A stretch of 64,000 bases of DNA from Mytilus californianus (taxonomy: Eukaryota). The DNA lies in contig NW_026262581.1 of assembly GCF_021869535.1 (NCBI RefSeq), positions 121,830,001 to 121,894,000 on the forward strand, written 5' to 3'. Below are positions 58,111 to 64,000 of the stretch, piece after piece. The translations under genes and the position numbers were made by a program. Under the pieces are notes generated by a model that saw nothing but the letters and a program-made list of their open reading frames with translations, had not been told where the DNA came from and did not search any database. Numbering within the stretch: the first letter of the stretch is position 1; every line of letters starts with the position of its first letter.

Positions 58111-58936
58111 TTGTTGTCTCGCCTTGACGGAGTCAAAAAGCGAGACATAGGTATACTGTTGTCGGCGGCGGCGTCAACAATGTATTAGTTTGTGATTAGA
58201 TCTAGTTTATGGTGAACTACTAGTGGTAGGTCATTGATATTTGGTATGCAATTGTATTAGCATTGGCACATCTCATTTCCATGGAGATTATTTGGCCCTG
58301 CCCCCTCAGTCATGGTCTATTGACTTTGAAACTTTTGCTTGGTTTACATGTATAAGTTTGTGATTAGGTCAGTTCAAGGGGAACCATTAGTGGTAGGCCA
58401 ATGATAATTGGTATGGAATTGTATAAGCATTGGCACATCTCATTTCCATTGAGAATATTTGGCCCTACCCCTCAGTCATGGTCTATTGACTTTGAAACTT
58501 TTGCTTAGTTTACATGTATTAGTTTGTGATTAGATCAGTTTAAGATGAACCGCTAATGTTAAGTCAATGATATTTGGTATGCAAATTTATTGGCAGTTGC
58601 AAGTCTCATTTACAAGGAGATTATATAGCCCCACCCCCTCATCATGGTTCATTGACTTTGAAGCTTTTTACATAGTTTACAATTTAATGTTTGTGTTTAG
58701 GTTTGTTTAAAGGGAACAACTTATGATAAGTCAATGGTACATGTATTTGGTATGCAGTTGTATTAGCATTGGTACATCTCATTTCCATGGAGATTGTTTA
58801 GCCATGTACCTTCAGTCATAGTTCATGGATATGAATATTTGAATAACTTACATGTTAAAGTATTGCTATTTTAATTTCAACATTTGCATTATCTAAATTA
58901 CCAAAAGGCGAGACATATCTCTGTGATAATAGTTTA
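58111..58936 (+). mobile_element. HINE-like element family D downstream of the BPNT2 stop
   Basis: 5' ttgtctcgcc...gcgagaca IR, (ggc)n, about four tandem ~170-bp units, 3' ggcgagacatatctctgtg. Confidence 0.7.
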
Positions 58937-61900
58937 TTTAAATTAAAAGTATTGACTCCGTCCTGCACTACACATGACAGAGATTCAGTATTCAAAGATA
59001 TTTTAGGGGGAGAGTAGTGCCAATTTCAGTATCAGGAGGGGGGACTTATCTCAAATTGTTGTGTACCAAATATGGATTTAAGAAAAAGATAATTTCATTT
59101 CATTTGTAGCATTGATCTCTTTAAGAATTTCCTGGTAAAGACTTCAGACTATTTGTTTATCTAGCCATTCAATGTTTGTTGGTCTTATTACTGAAATGTA
59201 AGTCTAGCAATCATTTGTGTAGTCATAATTATTTATTTCTGAAACAATCTGGGTAAAACATGTGTAGAGGTTTTAGGTTGAAATGTTGAGATATATTACA
59301 TTTATTTTGAACAGTATTATTATGATGATATTTATTAGTCTACTGTGTGTCCCATGAATTTGGAGAAAATTTTCTCTTTGTGTATGATTTTATTATTGTG
59401 CTGAATCTAAAAATGAATAAATTCTTTAGTCCAAGTTTAATCACATTGTCCATATGAAAGACAGGAAATACTTTCTGATGTGAAGAAGGCCATCATCCAT
59501 AAAACTTAAGCTGATTCTACATATCATCAAATGTACAAAGGAACCTAAACAGAATAGCCAAACCAAGTAAGGTCAAATTTTCTACTTCACAATTCCTGGA
59601 ACACTCAGTAGATTATAATTAGCATAAGTATGATTTTAAGCAACCATCATACTTTTGGGTATTTTAAATGTATTTTCTTGGAAGATCAATTTTGCCAAAT
59701 AAATATATTTTTAGCGTGTACTTAGTGAACTATTCTAGTCTTTATTCTATCGTAATGATCAAACTATTATTGTCAAACTGTTTCTTTGCTAGTCATATTT
59801 GTTTGTGGTATTGATTATATTGTTAGTTACTTTGCATTATACACCAGAACATATCCTAAATGCCTCTATTCAAACCATTACTATGTTAAAAAAAAAGTTT
59901 CAAGCTACATTCATTAATATTTTATGTAAAGGAGAAGGTACAAAAACAATTCTGAACCAAAAGGCAATAGGTTCAATGCTAAATTAAGTACCTCTTACTT
60001 AAAAAATCTTTTGTAAATATTTCACATGTAACTGGTGACAAGTTATGCCATGCTATATAGTGGAAAACTTTTATTCACTGATTTTGGTTTTAATGATATA
60101 TCAATGACGTAAAAAAATTAGGGTTTTTGACTATTGGTGTTTATGAAAGCAAGTGGAAAGAAGAATTTCATTGGATTGTAATCTTATCAAAATCCATTGT
60201 TATATTTTCTTTGTACAGCTTTTTATGTATATGCATAGCACTCAGCTTCATATCACAAGTATAGAAATTATCTTTTATCCAAAACTTAAATGATATCCAA
60301 ACTTTACAGCGACCTATAGTTGCTAACATCCAAGTCATTTGGTCTCAGGTGGATAGTCTGTTTGGCAATCATATCACATCTCCTTTTTCTATATCAGGCA
60401 CAGATCCAGCCATTTTGAAAAAGGGGGTTCCAACCCTCAAAACACCATGAAACGTTAACATAATTAAAAAAATTTAAAGATAAAAAAAATCGGGGGAAAA
60501 AAAGGGGGATTCATATCCCTGGAACCCCCCCCCCCCCCCCCCCCTTTTTGAAGCTTCCCCTGGATCCAATGTATATTTATATCCAGATGATTTTTATAAC
60601 AAGGTTCCTAGAAAAAAAGTTGGTTATTATTTTGGTAAAGTAAACAAGTGGTTAGCTGCCAACAGTTTACATGCAATAACTTATGAAACGTTCTACAAAT
60701 GCTTTTCAACTTTGAATATATTGATACTGATTTCAAAATGGAGGTCAAGTTGGATATTGAGGATTTTACTTTTACAGTTCAGGAGTTATGGTCCTTGATA
60801 TAGTGGAAAATGGCTCTGTTTGTTCTTTCCATTCAATATCTTATGAACCCTTCTACTGATGGTTTTCAAATTATAAAATGTTGTCACTAATGACAAAATG
60901 GAGGTCGAGTGTGATATTAATGATTCTCACTTTTGCCGTTCAGGAGTTATGGTCCTTAATCTATTTGACAGCTCATTCCTTCTTTAGATTACTATACTAT
61001 GTATAGGTTTTCTAAATAGGCATGTATTCTTATGTCAGTGAAGTCCCATGTAGAAATATGTAAGTAATTTATCTTTTTATCAATTTAGTCCAATGTAGAC
61101 ATGTGTAATTACATGTATCTTTATTCTTGTGTTATTTAGTCCCCTGTAGGAGAATGTAATTAATGTATCGTTATAATTGTGTTATTTATGTGAACTTTGT
61201 CTTCCAATTTGTGGTACCAAAGATGTATTGATTATCCATTATCGGCATCATGCATTCCATTATATTTTAATTAGAATAATGCTTTAGATGTTCCAGGACC
61301 AATGGGACTCGCTTATGAGAACACAGATAATTTCACGATTCATTTGTTAGACTGTTACAATAGCTAGAAAAACTGTTATCTTGACATCTTGTCCTGGTAT
61401 GTAATAAAATGAAAATACATGTACAACATTAAGTTTAAAATCCTATTATTTATTGTTTTTTTGCTTCACAATTTTTCCAATAGCACTTTGTATTGAACAG
61501 TAAAAATACTACAAACAGAAAATGGAGAATAAAACAAGCTGTCACATACACAACCATACAAAATGATTTATACAGTCATCCATTATGAAATTGAATCAAA
61601 TCTGATGTTAAAAAGAATTTGAACAGGTGTTTAATACAGTAAATTAAACTATAGAGGGAAGGTTTTGTTTGTTTGTTTCCTATGTGACCTTTTCATTGTC
61701 TTTTTACTCATGTTCTCATAAGAAATAATAGGTGTATTTGTGGAAAGAAATCAAAAGTATTAAGGGGAAAATTTTGCCCTGGCATTATGAGAAATATTTA
61801 GAAAAAATTTTGGAGACATCTTTAAAAAAGTTGTGATAATTTATTTCCTGGCAGATTAAACTTTGATCTTACTTAATCTGTACCATCATTGAGCACATGA

Positions 61901-64000
61901 CGACTAAAGAGATTAGGATGGAAGGTCAAAATATAGAAAATGAGTTGAGGAAAACTAGAGATTTTGGGAAAAAATAATCACCATACAATTTATAAATTTC
62001 ATTAAAATGTGTATAATAGATATATATATATATGTATTACAGGGCTCACACTACTTCAGAATCATAGGGAGAAATGACTTCTCTTTTTGAAACTGATAGG
62101 GAGAAGTGGTAAAATTTGAAAGAGAAGTGCTTGTTCGCTTACGGCACTATAATGTTTGGTTTTTACTATAATATTAAGGGCCATATTTATCCTTTCTATT
62201 TATTTTTTATATTGTTCAATTCAAATCTGAGTATACAATTAAAGTAACAGTTGTTTCAGTTTATGTCATGTATGTCTTTCATAAATAATCATTAATAGTT
62301 GCACAATTATATTAGTCCTCAAGATTGTCAGAAACTACCAACTAAATATCTAGCACTAAAAAGAACTTTTGTTATATCAAAATGGAAAAGAATGTATCAT
62401 ATATCAATTAAAATTCAATTAAAAAACTATTCTGTTTATCATGTTTATGAAACTCATTGTCAAATAAGGACCTCAAAAATTGTGAATGTTTTAATGCTGT
62501 CATAATTGACTTTATGATAAAGACCACCACTATCAGTATTCTCCTCTGGTGCTCATCTTTTTTGTTCAATCCCTGCCTTGGTCAAACCAAAAATACAGAT
62601 ATTAAAACCAGTATTTGGTGCTTCTCCATCAATGAAAACAATCTTTCAATTTTTAGGGTGGAGTAACTGCATATTAATTACTGAGTACTATTGGTTTAAT
62701 GTTTCATTATGTAAGTTTACAAAGATTCTGCAATTAACTTTACAAAATTTTTTTTTTTAATTTTTATTTTAAAGTGGGGAATAACATGACTTAGTATCAG
62801 GTGTTGTGTATAATTTATGTTTAAAATATCCTTTGTCATTTTTACCCTTGAAAATGTCATGTAAAAAGATATGTATATACCTTCAAACTTATTGTTTATT
62901 ATTGTCATATCTGATTTACTTTCTAAATTTTGTTCATACTTTGTATTCACTGTAAATATAATCATTTCACAAAGAACAAGAGAATTTGTTTCATCCATTT
63001 TTCATCTAGTCTTTATGTACAACTGTAAGTTAACATCTGCTCATATACAAAATAAGTAAATACTGTGTATTTTATACAGCAAGTCTCGTCATTCATTTTT
63101 ACATTATATATGAACAAAGTGGAAATGTAAGATTCCTTCTCTCAAAGGTGATCTCCATAATATTTTTAAATACCAATGTATATTTTAAGACTGTCTTATT
63201 ACACTGATGCAAGGTTATTTCCATAGTTATATATTATGCAACAAATCAATTTTGTTTAGAGCTCTGTTGGATTGTTTAAACAAAACACATCACATTTTTC
63301 CCCTGAAATCAGCAGATTTTATTTATAAATCATGTTATGAAATATTGATTTCTTACCTTAACAAATTACAATTTGGTAATCTTTTTATTGATAACAATAG
63401 GACTAAAATAGTAGATGCACAGATGTACAGTTATCATATTCCAATATTTTAAGACCTTGAATACAGAAAAAATATTGTTAACAAGTTATTGTACCTAAAA
63501 GAATAGAAATTTTCTTGTAGTTGTTTGTGTGAGTTGGTGATTGTGGAAAATGACCTGATACACAATATAGATGTATACATTGTTAGTTAGAATTTCAGGA
63601 AAACAATTCAAAAGCCCATAAATATTAAGGAAAACATGTCAAGAAATGATAAACTGCATTTAAAACACATACAATTAGGATTTTTGTAGTATAATACTTA
63701 CAAATTTTTAACATAATTTATCCTATTTCTATTGAATAAATATTTTCTGAATAGATGAACATTGCAGATATTGAGATCCATTAATGTTTTAATATAAGTG
63801 TACAATCTGTGACAATAGTATTTCATAATATTTAAAGTAATGAAACTGGGTGATTTTATGGAAAAGGGTTTTATTTACAATTGTTTTATTCAGACTACTA
63901 AATAATTTTTCAGCATGTTCAGCATAAGAGAGGTGAAAGATACCAAAGGGACATTTAAACTCTTTAAGTCGAAAAACAATCTGACAAAGCCTTGGTATTC

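Noticed and set aside
62041-62150. CAGGGCTC hAT-like terminus
   Set aside because: No matching inverted end or TSD found in the window.

Overview
AT-rich animal genomic DNA, most likely a bivalve mollusc (Mytilus-like, inferred from repeat types only). It contains two recognisable spliced genes arranged head-to-head with 217 bp between their ATGs: UBE2W (minus strand, 6 coding exons, 30424-40447) and BPNT2/IMPAD1 (plus strand, 5 coding exons, 40665-57912). It also holds the last two exons of an unidentified Ser/Asn-rich protein gene (6532-9973). The rest is largely transposon-derived: a near-complete Tc1 element, several Helentron-associated non-autonomous (HINE/DINE-like) elements carrying internal satellites, tRNA-derived SINEs, Penelope-like fragments and several minimal hammerhead-ribozyme motifs. 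The standout is a ~6.25 kb CR1-type LINE lying antisense in BPNT2 intron 1 that appears to have three ORFs: an intact upstream SGNH-esterase-like ORF, a PHD/coiled-coil/RRM ORF1 and an EN-RT ORF2. The ~860-nt spacer between the esterase ORF and ORF1 is filled by 14 triloop hairpins. They share a GG-AAG-CC core, have different but still complementary outer stems, and carry G.U wobbles that favour the element's sense RNA. Two BPNT2 exon ends have also been duplicated into the adjacent introns, one as a tandem array of consensus 5' splice sites. All calls were made by eye plus the supplied ORF track; no searches were run.
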